From positions 558,001-622,000 of the forward strand of contig CBFFRQ010000042.1 of the NCBI GenBank assembly GCA_965644315.1: a stretch of 64,000 nt of DNA, given 5' to 3'. Each line of letters begins with the position of its first letter. Position 1 is the first letter of the stretch. The translations under genes and the position numbers were made by a program. The DNA is from Caecitellus pseudoparvulus. Lineage: Eukaryota > Protista > Bigyra: Bicosoecida. The notes under the pieces were generated by a model. That model saw nothing but the letters and a program-made list of their open reading frames with translations, was not told the DNA's origin and did not search any database. Shown here one piece after another: positions 1 to 12,334 of the stretch.

Positions 1-139
1 GCGGGAGGATTTATCCGCCTGGCGAGTCGCCAAGGATGCCAACGGGCGCAAGTACTACTGGCACGCAGAGACGCGCGAGACGCGCTGGACGCGCCCTGGC
101 AGTGCGTCTGCTGCCCGGGCGTAAGGGCTCTCTGTGTGC

Positions 140-1529
140 CTAGGCCCGGGCGGGCGCCTCCTGCTGGGAGGATTCCACGCCTGGCTCGCCGGCAGGCACC
201 GGCTCCGGGCGGAACACCTCAGCAGGCAGGGTGATGGTGGGGAGGGTGACACCGCCGCCAGCACTGCCCAGCTCTGCGTCTCCTGTGGGCGTGGAGGGTG
301 CCCCCCCAGCCAGGGGGCCTTCCACCCACCGCACGAGGGGCGTGAAGCAGGAGGGGCGCGCGGTGCCCTCCAGGCAAGGCAGGTGCAGGCGGGTGGTGTC
401 GTTGAGGGGTGCCAGGCGCGTGCCGGGCACGTTCACGATGACGAAGCCCGCGCAGACGAGGAGGGAGGCGGCGATGGTGGGCACGTCTGGCGCCTTGTGC
501 AGGACGATCCAGTCCCCCAGCATGGCCATGGGGATGGTGAGGGCGATGCCGACAGTGCTGGCCGTCGCGCCGATGAACTGGATGGCGCCCGCCCACAGGA
601 GGTCGGACAGGACGTTGTCCCCCAAGCCCTTCAGCACCAACCAGCCAAAGACGCTGGCGCTGAGGTGGTGCAGGGGCAGGGAGCCGGTCCAGTGCAGTGC
701 CAGCAGCACGGGCAGCAGTGCGATGGCGTTGATGAGGCCAATGTACCCAAACACCCGCCGCAGGCTGACCGGCCCATCCACAGGCACCCAGGCATTGAAC
801 ATGTTGGCGTACACGCCGTACATGCCTGCTGACACGAGGTTCAGCAGGAACCCCAGGGCAGAGGAGGAGCCTGAGCCCTGGGACGCCACGCCCAGCACGA
901 CAGCCCCCACCACCTGCGCCGCCACGCCCAGCAGATGCAGGCCGTGCAAGGGTTTGCGCAGGACAGACACAGCCAGCGACAGGGTGAAGATGGAGGAGAG
1001 GTTGCTGAGGATGGTGCTGGTGGCGACACTGGACTCCCCCAGCGCCCAGTTGTACGAGCCCTGCGCCGCGAACCACACGCCAGCAATGAGCAGCGCCACC
1101 TTGGCCGTGTACAGCTCGCTGCCGGCGGGATGCTGCAGGCGGCTGGGTGTCGGGGCCAGCAGACCCCGGGTGTCCTCGGGTATCCCAGCGGAGGGCGTGG
1201 CTACGGGGGTTGCGGCGGCAGGCGGCGCAGGTGCCTTGCCGCTCCAAGCCCGCTCCACTGCCAGCCAGGGCAACCACAGCATGAAGAGGGAGTTGGAGAC
1301 GTACGTGAGGAAGAAGGGAGAGTTGAAGTGCAAGTCATCCTGTGGGAAGCGTGTGTGTGCAGTCACTGCCCAGCAGGGCACGCGGCAGCACCGGCGCTGC
1401 ACCCACGTAGATGAACTGCACGAGGTAGCTCGCAGCCGTCCACAGAAGCGCCACAGCCAGGACACACAGGGAGCCCACGACACGCCGCACGGCAGGAGTG
1501 TCGTGCAGCCCACACAGCAGCTTGGACAT
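140..1529 (-). CDS. SLC35F/DMT (EamA-like) membrane transporter, 2 exons
   Basis: Exon 1 MSKLLCG...AASYLVQFIY joins DDLHFNSPFFLTYVSNSLF across a GT-AG intron at 1340-1406 (67 nt). Multiple TM segments and the motifs STILSNLSSIFTL and NVLSDLLWA...TVGIALTIPMAM resemble SLC35F5/THI74. Confidence 0.85.
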
Positions 1530-1747
1530 GGTAGCGAGTTCGCCCCTCCTTGCCCTCGTCCAACTCACTGGGGTGGACTGGTGGGGGTACAGAAGAGTGG
1601 GGACGTGGAGGAGTCGATTTCCGCAGGGTGAATTCTGCGCTGCAGGCAAATCTCACGACCTGTGACGCAGTCCGCATTTCACCCACAATAGCCCACACAA
1701 GTGCGTTGTAGTGCGAGCGTGGTTGTGTTGAGCACGTGCTTTTGCCC

Positions 1748-3061
1748 ATGGCTGCGCGGGAGGGCGTGCCTGCCGAGGAGGGTGTCCCATCGGAAGGGTC
1801 GGCGCCGCCTGCCTTCAACTTCAAGAAAGCCAAGACGTATGCCCGGCTAGTGGCTCAAATGCTGCCACCTGAGGGTGCCAAGGGGGATTGCGCACGCATG
1901 TCCATCGTGAGCTCCCGCCCTGGCAGCTCAGCCGCTCCCAACCACGACGATGCAAGGCGAAGGTCGCGCCCCCCCCAATCACAGGCACTGTGGGCCTTGG
2001 CATCCATGGCCTTGTTGGAAGCACGTGAGGAGCAAGCTGCATCGCAGAGCGGTGCCCCTGCTGCGCCAAGGGACCCTGCCCTGCAGGCCCAGCTCGACGC
2101 GTTGTCTGCTGCGGAAGTTGACTGGATCTACCTGAACCAAACCCCCCGAGCTGACGCCAGTGCGGCAGATGGCGGCTTTGCCGGCTTCGAGGGGGGCACA
2201 TACAGTGGTCCACACAGTGCTGGTGTGCCTCCCGAACTGCGGTCGCCTTCCCTGCCCATGACCTTCGCGGCTCTGGCGCTGCTCGTACTGAAAGGCGACG
2301 ACCTGTCCCGCGTGGACACGCCTGGCATCCTGAACTTCATCAGGCGCTGTGGGCCAGGCTCTGGAAAGGGGGCCACCTGGGACGGCTCCTTCTGCGGCTG
2401 CCTGCTGTGCCCCGAGGAGCGAGACCTGCGCATGGGCTTCAGCGCTGTGGCTACCTGCCACCTGCTGCGCGCAACCCTGCCCGTGCCAGCAGGCCCCATT
2501 GCCGACTTTGCCTGGAGCTGCCAGGCATGGGATGGTGCATTCGGCCTCAGTCCAGCCCGGGAGGGGCACGGCGGCTCCACACACTGCGCTGTCGCGACGC
2601 TGTTCCTGCTGGGCGGCCTGCCTAGCAGCCCACACCCACGGGCAGAGGGTGTGCCGGATGCTGCGCCAGACGCCTTGGCCAGTCTGACAGGCTGGCTGGC
2701 ACAGCGGTTCCAGAACCTGGCTGATGGCGGGGGTGTCAATGGGCGCCCTGGCAAGCCGGCGGACGTGTGCTACTCCTGGTGGGTGAGCGCGTCCCTGATG
2801 CTGCTGGGGCGGGGCGAGTGGGTGGCGGAGGCGGGCGAGGCCGTGTCTGGGTACGTCAAGCGCAGCCAGCACCCGCTTCTGGGTGGCGTGGGGAAGGACC
2901 ACACGTGTGCGCCGGACCCCATGCATGCGTACTACGCGCTGGCGGGCATGGCCCTCGCAGACACCGACGCCTTGCCCGACATGGACCCCGCCCTTCACCT
3001 GCCCGCCAGCGCCACACAGGCCGCCGGCGTTGGCTCCGGCTGCCCCATTGCACAGGGCTGA
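1748..3061 (+). CDS. PGGT1B: Geranylgeranyltransferase type I beta subunit (prenyltransferase repeats)
   Basis: Motifs GDDLSRVD, ERDLRMGFSA, CQAWDGAFG, EGHGGSTHCAVA, GVNGRPGKPADVCYSWWV and DPMHAYYALAG. Confidence 0.9.
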   Translation: MAAREGVPAEEGVPSEGSAPPAFNFKKAKTYARLVAQMLPPEGAKGDCARMSIVSSRPGSSAAPNHDDARRRSRPPQSQALWALASMALLEAREEQAASQSGAPAAPRDPALQAQLDALSAAEVDWIYLNQTPRADASAADGGFAGFEGGTYSGPHSAGVPPELRSPSLPMTFAALALLVLKGDDLSRVDTPGILNFIRRCGPGSGKGATWDGSFCGCLLCPEERDLRMGFSAVATCHLLRATLPVPAGPIADFAWSCQAWDGAFGLSPAREGHGGSTHCAVATLFLLGGLPSSPHPRAEGVPDAAPDALASLTGWLAQRFQNLADGGGVNGRPGKPADVCYSWWVSASLMLLGRGEWVAEAGEAVSGYVKRSQHPLLGGVGKDHTCAPDPMHAYYALAGMALADTDALPDMDPALHLPASATQAAGVGSGCPIAQG

Positions 3062-3091
3062 AGGAGGGCAACTGTCGCCTGCGCGCCCTGC

Positions 3092-4399
3092 TCACGTGTG
3101 CACGGCGGTGGCGGGGTGGATGGGGCCCCGCAGGGTGTCCAAGCGGGAGTTGTACTCCTTCAAGATGGCCTCCATGAACAGCAGGCTCAATACCGTGTGG
3201 GGTGCGATGCGCACGAAGAAGGTGGGCAAGCCCGTCCACAGCGCCAGCGGCCCCTCCCGCTGCACGATGAGGGCGCCACACTGCAGCATGTTGCGGTAGG
3301 GCAGCTTGCCGTCGGGGCCAGGTGTCTGCTTCATCATGCGCGTCTTGATCATGTCCACAGGCAGCCCCATGACGCTGGCAGCGGCGGCCGAGACGCAGGC
3401 GGCGAAGATGCGCACGGGCCAGGCCTCCTTGTCGCCGCCGCCCAGCATGCCCGCCGTCGTCTCCTTGGCCGTGTCGTACGTGACCAGTTGGCCGGAGGTG
3501 ACGGCGCAGGCGCGCACGACGGAGGGGGACACGCCCTTCCACAGACTCAGCACGCCCTCCTCCTTTGCGATGCGCCGGACGGCGTCAAAGACGCCCTTGT
3601 AGTTGCGGCGGGACTCGGGCGGCAAGGTGGCGTCGCTCTGCTGCCGGGTGAGGGCCAAGTCGGCGGGGTTGCCCATGATGGCGCCAACTGCGCCGGCAGT
3701 CAATCCACACAATGCCTTGTGCAAGAAAGGTAGGCTGTCTGCGGGGGGTTTGCGTGAGGGCATGTGTGGAGGCTGCTGTGCGTGCGCGTAGGGGGCGAGT
3801 CACCACGTACCCTGCCCAGGTTGCCGGAGAGAGTTGGACATTGACCGGTACAGGCCCAGTCGGGTGGCACCGTACAGCAGCTGGCGGACCCAAGCAGCTT
3901 GCAGGCTGAGCCGGGGAGGGAGGGGGGGCCCGGTCCTGTTCCTGCACCGCACGGAGGGGGAATTCCCTGCACCACTCACCCAGAGTACAGCGCAAAGACC
4001 CCTTCCTTGGCCACGACGTTGCGCAGCACAGTGAAGGGAGACGGCACCTTGCCTGGCTGCGCTTCGCCCGCAACTTGCAATCGCACCTGTGCCAGGCCGG
4101 AGGAGAGGGCGTGAACATCGAGCACCGCAACTTGCCGAATTGTGTGCGGAAATCGGGGCTCTGCCCCACGCACCTTTACCGTGTCAATGGGCTGGATCTG
4201 CGGGCCAGGCAGTTGAGCGGGGCGTGCAGGGAGTGTGATCACTCTGTGGCGACACGGAGGCCTTCCTGCTGGGCCCTCATGGCCACAGCAGACGACGCAA
4301 GGCACGCACAATGGTGGTTGCCATGCAGCCGGCCAAACCCCCCGCAAAGAAGGGCCTGACGGTCTCCAATCCCCGAACGAGGAGACTACCATCACTCAT
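3092..4399 (-). CDS. SLC25A11: Mitochondrial 2-oxoglutarate/malate (dicarboxylate) carrier, 5 exons
   Basis: Carrier motifs QPIDTVKVRLQ, GNPADLALTRQQSD and PVDMIKTRM, plus RQLLYGATRLG and RIAPHTV. Introns at 4198-4309, 4087-4173, 3906-3979 and 3739-3810 splice in frame; includes a 24-nt microexon (4174-4197). Confidence 0.88.
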
Positions 4400-4913
4400 G
4401 ATGTCCAGACGAAGTCCGAGTTGGCAGCAGGCGTGCGTGCCTTCGCTGAAGGGCTCTTGCTCAGCCCCTTGTCGCTCCGCGCGCAAACGGTGGCACTTCC
4501 CTTGGCGGGGTCAGCATGCGCAAGCAAGCAGAGGCGGAAGGCAAAGCATCCACGTACTGAGCTCTGCGGGAGACTTGAAAGTGGACATGACGTTTGCGAT
4601 GCCGGAACTTTACAGCCCCTGCCGCTCCCGGCAGGCCCTGTGTCGGCACTACCAGGCAGGGCCTGGCCCCACACCACGCACTTCCTTTGAATGGACCAGC
4701 GCAGCCCCCCTCGCGTCCGCGCCCAGTGTGGCGTGGACTCACATAGCACCCCACGCTCAAAACACAACACCACCCAGACCTACTCGCTCGGCACTTGCAG
4801 GCCGCAGCTCGCTGCACCGTGTGCGAGCCGCCCCTTGCGAGACACAGCCGGCTCTCCTGTTCCCACTCACGCCTGCGTGTGTCCAGCTCTCTCCGACGGC
4901 CTGCAGAAGCAAG

Positions 4914-7900
4914 ATGGCGAAGGTTGTCTTTGGCAACAGGGTGCTGTCCCAAGCCGACATCGTCGCAGTCGCCGTGGACAGGCGCCCTGTGGAGGTGGAC
5001 TTGGCCATCTTTGACAAGGTGCGGAAGTCGGAAGGAGACCGCCCCACCCGCTGCCATCGCACACACCTCACGCCGTCCGCGCAGGCGCCCGATGCTGGGG
5101 AAGCTGAACCAGTGGCCCCAATCGACGCCTCTGAGCCAGCCCTGTCGGCCCCTGCAAGCCTGGCCATCCTCGCCGCCTGCCTGGGCGTGCTGACACAAGT
5201 GTGTGCTGGTGCTGACGCTGCACCCTGGCGCGCTGCTGCTCACCGCCGCTGCTCCCGCGCTGCAGGAGAAGACGCTTGCTCGCAAGGCGGTGCTGCAGCA
5301 CTTGGTTGACACGCTGAATGCGGAGGATGCCCCAGCCTTGAGCAGCTCCAGCGTCACCGACGGCGTGCTGGCCACAGTTGGCGCAGCCAGCGGCCTGACA
5401 GCCAAGGAGCGCGCCGCTCTGTCCACTAGCACTGCTCCCGCGGCGGGTATGCTGGCGCTGGTGGCTGCTTCCACGACCGCCCTGGCCGTCGTCACTGACG
5501 CTGTCGCTGCCTTGAGCGTCGAGGCGGCGGCGGCGCCTGTGGCTCCCTACGACTCTGCCTGGTTCGACACCGCCCGCCCCCACCCCTCCACAGTGCTGTC
5601 CGCTGGCACACTGCGCGTCATGCTCATGAACTCCAAGCTCGCGGCCGCCAGCGGCAAGAAGGACAAGGGTGCCCTGCCGTCGGGCCCATGGACCCATGCC
5701 GCCTTCGCGTCGGCGCCCGACCTCCACGCCCCTGCCCGCACTGCGGGGGCGCTGGCCAAGCGTGCAGCCAGGGTGGAGCTCAACGCTGCCGCCCTGCCGC
5801 GTGCACCCACCTGCACTGCCGCATACGAGTTGGTGCAGCAGTGCCAGCGGGGCCTGTCAGCACTGGCCGGCGCGGCGGTTGCCCGCACCCACATCGTGGC
5901 GGGGGCCCAGCCCCCCTCCCTGCCACCTGCCCCGCCAGCGGACGCCCTGGTGCCCACTGCAGCTGATGTCGTGCAGCTGGGCAGCGCGACCCTGGCTGCT
6001 GCCCAGCGCCTCGTGTCTGCCCTGGTGTCAGAGTACCAGGCTGCTGAGACCGTCCTGCGAGGCTGTGAAGCGGAGGCCGCTACCAAGGCCGCCGCCAAGG
6101 CTGCCAAGCGCGCCGAGGCGATCGCCAAGCAACAGGCCAAGGAGGAGGCGGCAGCCGCCAAGCGCGCCGCTGAGCTGGCAGCCATGGACCCCGAGGCCCG
6201 TGCCAAGGCAGAGGCTGCCGACGCCGCCAAAGCAGCCAAGGCCGCCGCAAAGGCTGCCAAGCGAGCCGCGAAGGATGCCAACACCACCACTGTGCTGCCG
6301 GGTGACAGCGGCTTGCTGTCCTTGGGGGACGGCACCCGGCGCCTGCTGGCCCTTCTTCGTCTGCGTGGCGGCGTCGCTTGCTCCGAGCAGGGCAGCGCCC
6401 CCGAGCCTGTGCCTGCTGCTGCCCTGACTGCAGCCTTCGACCCACACACTCCCGAGGGAGCCTTCGCCACGGCTGCCGCCATCGTGGCTGCAGTGGAGGA
6501 CATCGCGTCCGGGGGTGGCAAGCGCCGCCCCAAGATCCCCAAGGGCTCCCGGGACTTCGGCCCGGAGCAGATGGCTGTGCGGGAGCGCGCCTTCACCACC
6601 ATCCGGTCCGTCTTCAAGCGCCACGGCGCCGCTGAAATCGACACGCCTGTCTTTGAGCTGCGCGAGACGCTGCTGGGCAAGTACGGCGAGGAGGGCGGCA
6701 AGCTCATCTACGACCTGGCCGACCAGGGCGGCGAGCTCCTGTCCCTGCGGTACGACCTCACAGTGCCCTTCGCCCGGTACTGTGCCCAGCACGGCGTCGC
6801 GTCCATGAAGCGCTTCCACATCTCCAAGGTGTACCGCCGCGACAACGTGAACATCTCGCGTGGGCGGTACAGGGAGTTCTACCAGTGTGACTATGACGTT
6901 GCCGGCACCTACGCCGCCATGATGCCAGACGCAGAGGTGCTGGCTGTCGCGTGTGACATCCTGCGCAGCCTGCCCATCGGCCCCTTCACCGTCAAGTTCA
7001 ACCACCGGGGCTTGCTGGACGGCATGCTGGAGCTGGCGGGCGTGCCCCCTGCCAAGTTCCGCACCATTTGCAGCTCCATCGACAAGCTGGACAAGGAGCC
7101 CTGGACCAGCGTCAGGGAGGAAATGGTACGTGAAGAGTGCACGCGTGCGCTCACCCCGCGAGGACCAGCAGCTGCCTGATTCCCATGAAGAGCATGTCCT
7201 AGAATCCCCGCAAGAACGTCACCCCCGGCGCACATTCGCTTTACCTCGTGTGCCGGGCGGCTTCTCTGTATCGGTGACGCCAGCGTGACGCCATCGAAGT
7301 TAGAAATCGAACAATTCCCCCCCCTCCCCCACTTCACAGGTTGCAGAGAAGGGCCTGGAAGGCGCCGTGGCGGACCGCATCGGGGAGCTCGTGCAAGTGG
7401 CAGGGCAGCCGGAGGAGGTACTCAGCCGACTACAGTCGGATGAATTCCCCTTCTCTGGGCACGCCGGCGCTGCGGCAGCTCTCAAAGACTGTGGTCTGCT
7501 CTTCACCTACCTCAAGGCCATGGGTGTGCTGGAGCACCTGTCCTTCGACCTGTCCCTTGCGCGCGGGCTGGACTACTACACGGGCGTCATCTACGAGGCC
7601 GTGCTGACGCCACCACCTCAGACGGCTGCGTCAGGCTCGGGTGCGGCGGTGGCGGACCCCGCCCTGTCTGTTGGCAGCATTGCTGCTGGCGGCCGGTACG
7701 ACGGACTCGTGGGCATGTTCAGCCCCACTGGCACACAAGTGCCCTGTGTCGGCGTCTCCATCGGCATTGAGCGTGTATTCACCATTATGGAGGCCCGCGC
7801 CAAGGCAGCTGGCACCCTGCGCCAGGACCCCGTCACAGTGCTGGTTGCATCCGTGGGCAAGGGCATGGTGCCTGCCCGCCTGGCCCTCTGTGCTGAGCTG

Positions 7901-8206
7901 TGGGAGGCTGGCTTCTCTGCCGAGACACTGTACGCCGCCAACCCGAACATGCGCGCGCAGCTGAACAACAAAGCCCTGCCTGAAGGCATCCCGTTCATGG
8001 TGACGGTGGGGGAAGACGAGCTGGCCAGCGGCACTGTCAAGGTGAAGGACTTGGCGTCAGAAGTGGAAGAGGTGGTGCAGCGAGGGCAGTTGCCGGCCAA
8101 GCTCAAGGCTTGGGGCGCCAAGACGGTGGCAGGGGCACCTCCTCCGCCCCCTCCCGCCGCCGCCGCTGCGGAGACGGTGCCGGCCCCTGCTGTCCCGGCT
8201 GAGTAA
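4914..8206 (+). CDS. HARS1: Histidyl-tRNA synthetase with N-terminal degenerate HAL/PAL-like domain, 4 exons
   Basis: HisRS motifs [55 protein letters not shown] and GVSIGIERV. Introns at 5019-5084, 5199-5265 and 7126-7339 (EEM|VAEKGL). Confidence 0.95.
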
Positions 8207-8236
8207 AGAATGCAATGCGCTGTTGACTGGAGCACG

Positions 8237-9412
8237 CTAGTTTGCACCCAGCAGGCTGCAGAAGACTTCGTAGGCCAGGAACTGGATGCCTGCCCCCGGG
8301 ATGCAGCGAATGATGTTGGTGCCAACACCCTGGAAGAAGCCAGCCACGCCCTCCTTGGCCATGATGTCCGTGCAGCAGTGCCAGGTGCCGCGGTACTGTG
8401 CGGCGCGGCCCCCCGCCCCATCCGTCTGCAGGCGGCGGCGGACAGTGTCTCCAGGGTACGTGATGGTCTGAGCCACCACGCCAGCCAGCGTGCCCGGGAA
8501 GAGAGTGGCCAGTACCCACTGTGGCCCGCTCTCAGGGGTAGGCGTGTGCCGCTTGACGATCTCGTAGAAGGACATCTGCATGCCGACATAGGGGGCACCA
8601 GACAGAATGGTGGGCACCACGCCCTTGTAGCTGTAACAGGGGGGCGGGGAGGGCGCGTGTGCAGGCGCACCGCGTGATGCAGGCTGGCTCTTCGCCCACA
8701 CCAGCCACTCACAAGGCCAGGGCGCCCTCCTTCTGCACCAGGTCCTTGCCGCACTCCCAGATACTCCTGTACTTCAGGCCCAAGCCCTCGCCCACAGACA
8801 ACCGCGTGCGCACAGTCTCCAGTGGGTACGTCACCAGCTGCTGGAAGAGGCCCTGCGCGCGTGACCAGTGACAGCCGGCGGGTGTGTGCGCGTGGTTGCT
8901 GGTGTGCTCCACAGGGCGCAAGCACGCACTGCGAGGGTGCCTGACATCATCAACTGGGTGAAGGTCAGCTTTTCAGTGGACTTCCCCGCTACCATGCTTT
9001 TGAACGTGTCGTTAAACGAGAACTTCAGCGCGTACACTGGCATAACACGCAGCACATTGGCGAAGTTCCCCTTCCACAGTCCGAGCACGCCCTCCTCCAC
9101 GAACACAGTGCGCATGGTGCCAACTGTGCCCCGGTACTTTCGCACGGGGTCTCCTCGCATGGCCTGCGTTGGAGGGTGGCCGCTGCACTGACGAGGTGGC
9201 GCCCAGAGCCGCACCAGGCACATGGCGTGTCTGGCTGTGCGGAACTTGAACCCAGGATGCCTGCACCGTACCTGGATTTGCAGGAGGATCTTGGCTCGCT
9301 CAAGGGGGGCGATGCATGTCTTGGTGATGATGCCTGCGCCTGCACCAGCCACCAGGCGTCTTGCCATGAAGTCAGCGGGCTTGGCCGCTTCCGCGCCATC
9401 TGAGCTGGACAT
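8237..9412 (-). CDS. Mitochondrial carrier (ADNT1/SLC25A42/Graves-like CoA or adenine nucleotide carrier), 4 exons
   Basis: Motifs APLERAKILLQ, YPLETVRTRL, YPGDTVRRRLQ and LWKGNFANVLRVMP. Introns at 9164-9271, 8853-8929 and 8631-8712 splice in frame. Confidence 0.88.
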
Positions 9413-9513
9413 GTCTGCCACAGTACACTGCGCAGCCGCCTGCACCACCACGACGCTTGTGTTCACCTCAAAGTTCCTTGCAGCTCAAACAGCAGCATGG
9501 AGAGCCAAGTTTA

Positions 9514-12063
9514 TTATGTCTCAGCTGCCAAGGTGCGGAGCGCTGAGCCAAACGGTGGCGTGTCTTCTGCGTCACCCCCACCAGGGTCAGCCAGGAAGCC
9601 AAGCTTGCCAACAACACTGGCATGCACCAGGGCAGGCTGCCCGAGGAGTGTAACTGCCGCACCTTGGCTTGTCGGGAGCAGCGACAAGGGGCAGCGGTGG
9701 CTCGCTTCCTCTCCGCCCTCCCCTGTCGCCGAGCTCGTGTGCATGCACGGCCAAGCCGTGGCCAGTGACTCCACTTGCCATGTTGCATCGCTGGGCGCCG
9801 CACCAGCGGCACCGCTGCCCTCCCCGCCGCTCCCTGCCTCTTGCACCTGCAAACCCTCCAGAGCAGCCAGTGTAAACTCAACTGGAAGCTCTGCTGAGTC
9901 GCGCAGCAACGCAGGCAACTCCGCCATGTCAGGTGCCTGCTCGGAGGCTGCCCTCGCAGCAGCGCCCAGCCAAGACACGTGGCGAGCGGCGCCCGGTGCA
10001 GATGGTGCTGCCTGTAATACCAGACAGTGCAAGCATGTGTAGGCCAGCAACCGAGCCCGTCTGAGGCGCAGCAGGTGCAGGCGCGCGTGAACTTGCAGCA
10101 CGGCAGCCACGTGCGCAGTTGCCTCCAGTACGCTGAAGCCGGGTGGCAAGCGAGCAGCCTGCCGTGCGACAGCCATGCTGGCCTGCGTGAAGCAGTCCAC
10201 TGCTGCCTGCAGCAGCGGGATGACGTGCACCAGGACCACAAGGGCATGGGCAGATGGTCTGCCGCCTGGCGGTGCCAGCTCACCATCCACCTCAAGCAGC
10301 AGCGGCAACATGCCCGTGTGGACGTCCAGACACCCAACGGCAGTGGTGAGGGGCCAAGCCTTGCCTGCATCTGGTGTGTGCAGGGTGTCCACGAGCACGT
10401 CGCGCTGCCCTGCGTCTGCCGTGGCCTCGCCGACCCCACACGCGTCCTGCAGTGCCCTGTGGCACACCAACGACAGAGCAGCCGGCAGTGCCTGTGCCAG
10501 GGGGGCGACGCTGGGCGTGAGAGGGCGCAAAGCCGCACCAAGTGGCAGCTGGCAGCATGCAGACATCCACCCCGCGCTGTGCAGGTCGCTGGCCGGCAGC
10601 AGGGCGCTGAGGCTGAGAGAGGGTCCCTTTGCCTCTGGCGTGCTGGGGGGGGTGGCCACCACCACCACCATGCTGCGCCCGCAGGGCAGAGGCGCGGCAG
10701 CCTGTGCTTGGCCCTTTGTGGCTGCTTGCCAGGGGATGACGGAGCGACCCCACTCGTCCACTGGTGCGACCGACTTCGCATCCAGCACGGCTCGCAGCAA
10801 GGGCTCGCCACGCCACAGCTGCACTCGACGGTGGGAGGTGCCCACCAGCACCCCACCGCCAGCGTGGCTACTGGCTACATGCATGCAGGGCGCAGGCACT
10901 GGTGCCAGGCACGTGATCACGCCATCCACACCCGCCACAACCCCCTGCACTTCAACGTGCACACCCACACGCGCCGGCTGGCAGCTCAGCGCCCAGCCAG
11001 AGCCGGACAGTTCGCCAGGCACATTCGGGGCGGGCTGCTCCTCCGCGGTGTGTCGCCACCACCAACTCAGACTTTGGCGCTTGGCAGACACAATGCAGGT
11101 GTCTTGGAGCATGTCCTGGGCGCAAGACACTCGCCAGGGGGCATCCAGGCTGGGCGCGCTGGGACCCACCGGCAACATGCACAGGTGCTCCAACGTACCT
11201 GCAGCCGCACCCTGACCATGAAGGGCCTGCAGGTCCAAAGCTAGAGAACCTTCATCTGATACCGTGCAGTACAGCGCCAGGACTTCGCCGGAGGACAAAC
11301 CCACGATCCAAGCTCGCACACTGCCGTGGGCGGTCTCGTCCACCACCCTGCACACAGGGAGCAGTGCACACACCTGGCCCTGCGATGTTTCCGGCAGCTG
11401 GGCACTGGCTGATGGAGAGGAGGGCACCCCTCCCGCCTGTGGGGGCGGGACGTGCAGGTTGACCACGTCCAGGCTCCGCCCGGATGCCGTGGCCAGCAAA
11501 ACACCGCCACTGGGCAGGACACAGGACCAACTTGCGGCACGGACACGGGGCAGGCTGCCAGCGAAGGGCTGCGAACCTCCCGACCAGTGAGAGTCGTGGC
11601 ATGAGGGCAGTAGCAGAGCAGCGCCGTCTGGCAGCACCGCTAGCACCAGCCGCGCAGCGTGCAAAGGAGAGGCAGCTTTGCAGCCTGCCTGCTGGACAGG
11701 CAGGGCAGGGGACACGCACACCAGAGGCGGATGGTGGGCCCGGCCAATGTTGAGGGCTGCATCTGGAGCAGCTTCCCTTTTCTCTTTCAGCAGAGCTGCC
11801 CATGTCTTGCTGGTTGGCGCCTGCAAACAAGAGTGGCATCAAAATCCGCAGACAGCTCGGGTGGCATTGAAGCCGCCCACTCGACGCACCTCGGTGGTTG
11901 GCCACCCAAGCAGCGACCCCACGTCCGTACTAACTAAACACTCAGTGGTGGCCAGCACCACTTGCCCGTCTGTGGACACATGGAAGCGCTGGTGGCCGCT
12001 GGTGCGAGCCTGGCCCAGTGCTCGGTCCAAGCTGTCCAAGCGGCAGGCTACCAACCCCGCCAT
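9514..12063 (-). CDS. Hypothetical protein, possibly a divergent beta-propeller followed by a helical region
   Basis: 770-aa ORF plus an upstream exon (ATG 12063, intron 11821-11934, in frame). WD40-like fragments WIVGLSSGEV and VLVGTSHRRVQLW. Confidence 0.55.
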
Positions 12064-12334
12064 AAACGGCTGTGGCCGCGCCACCGAGCGTAAAGCGTGT
12101 CACTGGGAGATGTACGAATGACTTGGCATAGCCGCTGGCGTGTTCAATGTGCAATTTTTCGTCAAGTGTGCGAAGAATGCAACTTGAAAGGAAAGCCTGA
12201 CGAGGCGGACTGCGCCAACAAAGAAAGAATGGTGTGTTTGTCAGGTAGAAACATTGTAAAGAGATGCATTCTGAAGAGCACGAGTAAACGCACAAATCTT
12301 GCTGATCTCGCTGCATTCTGCCCCCATACACCTG

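Noticed and set aside
7189-7316. HisRS intron as U17/snR30 or U3 snoRNA
   Set aside because: ATGTCCTA only loosely resembles the m1 motif, no AAACCAU m2 lies near the ACA, and no ordered U3 box set was found.
12090-12330. AT-richer intergenic tract with Sm-like AATTTTTCG as an snRNA
   Set aside because: No U1/U2/U4/U5/U6 signature sequences were recognised; it is more simply a 3' UTR plus promoter.
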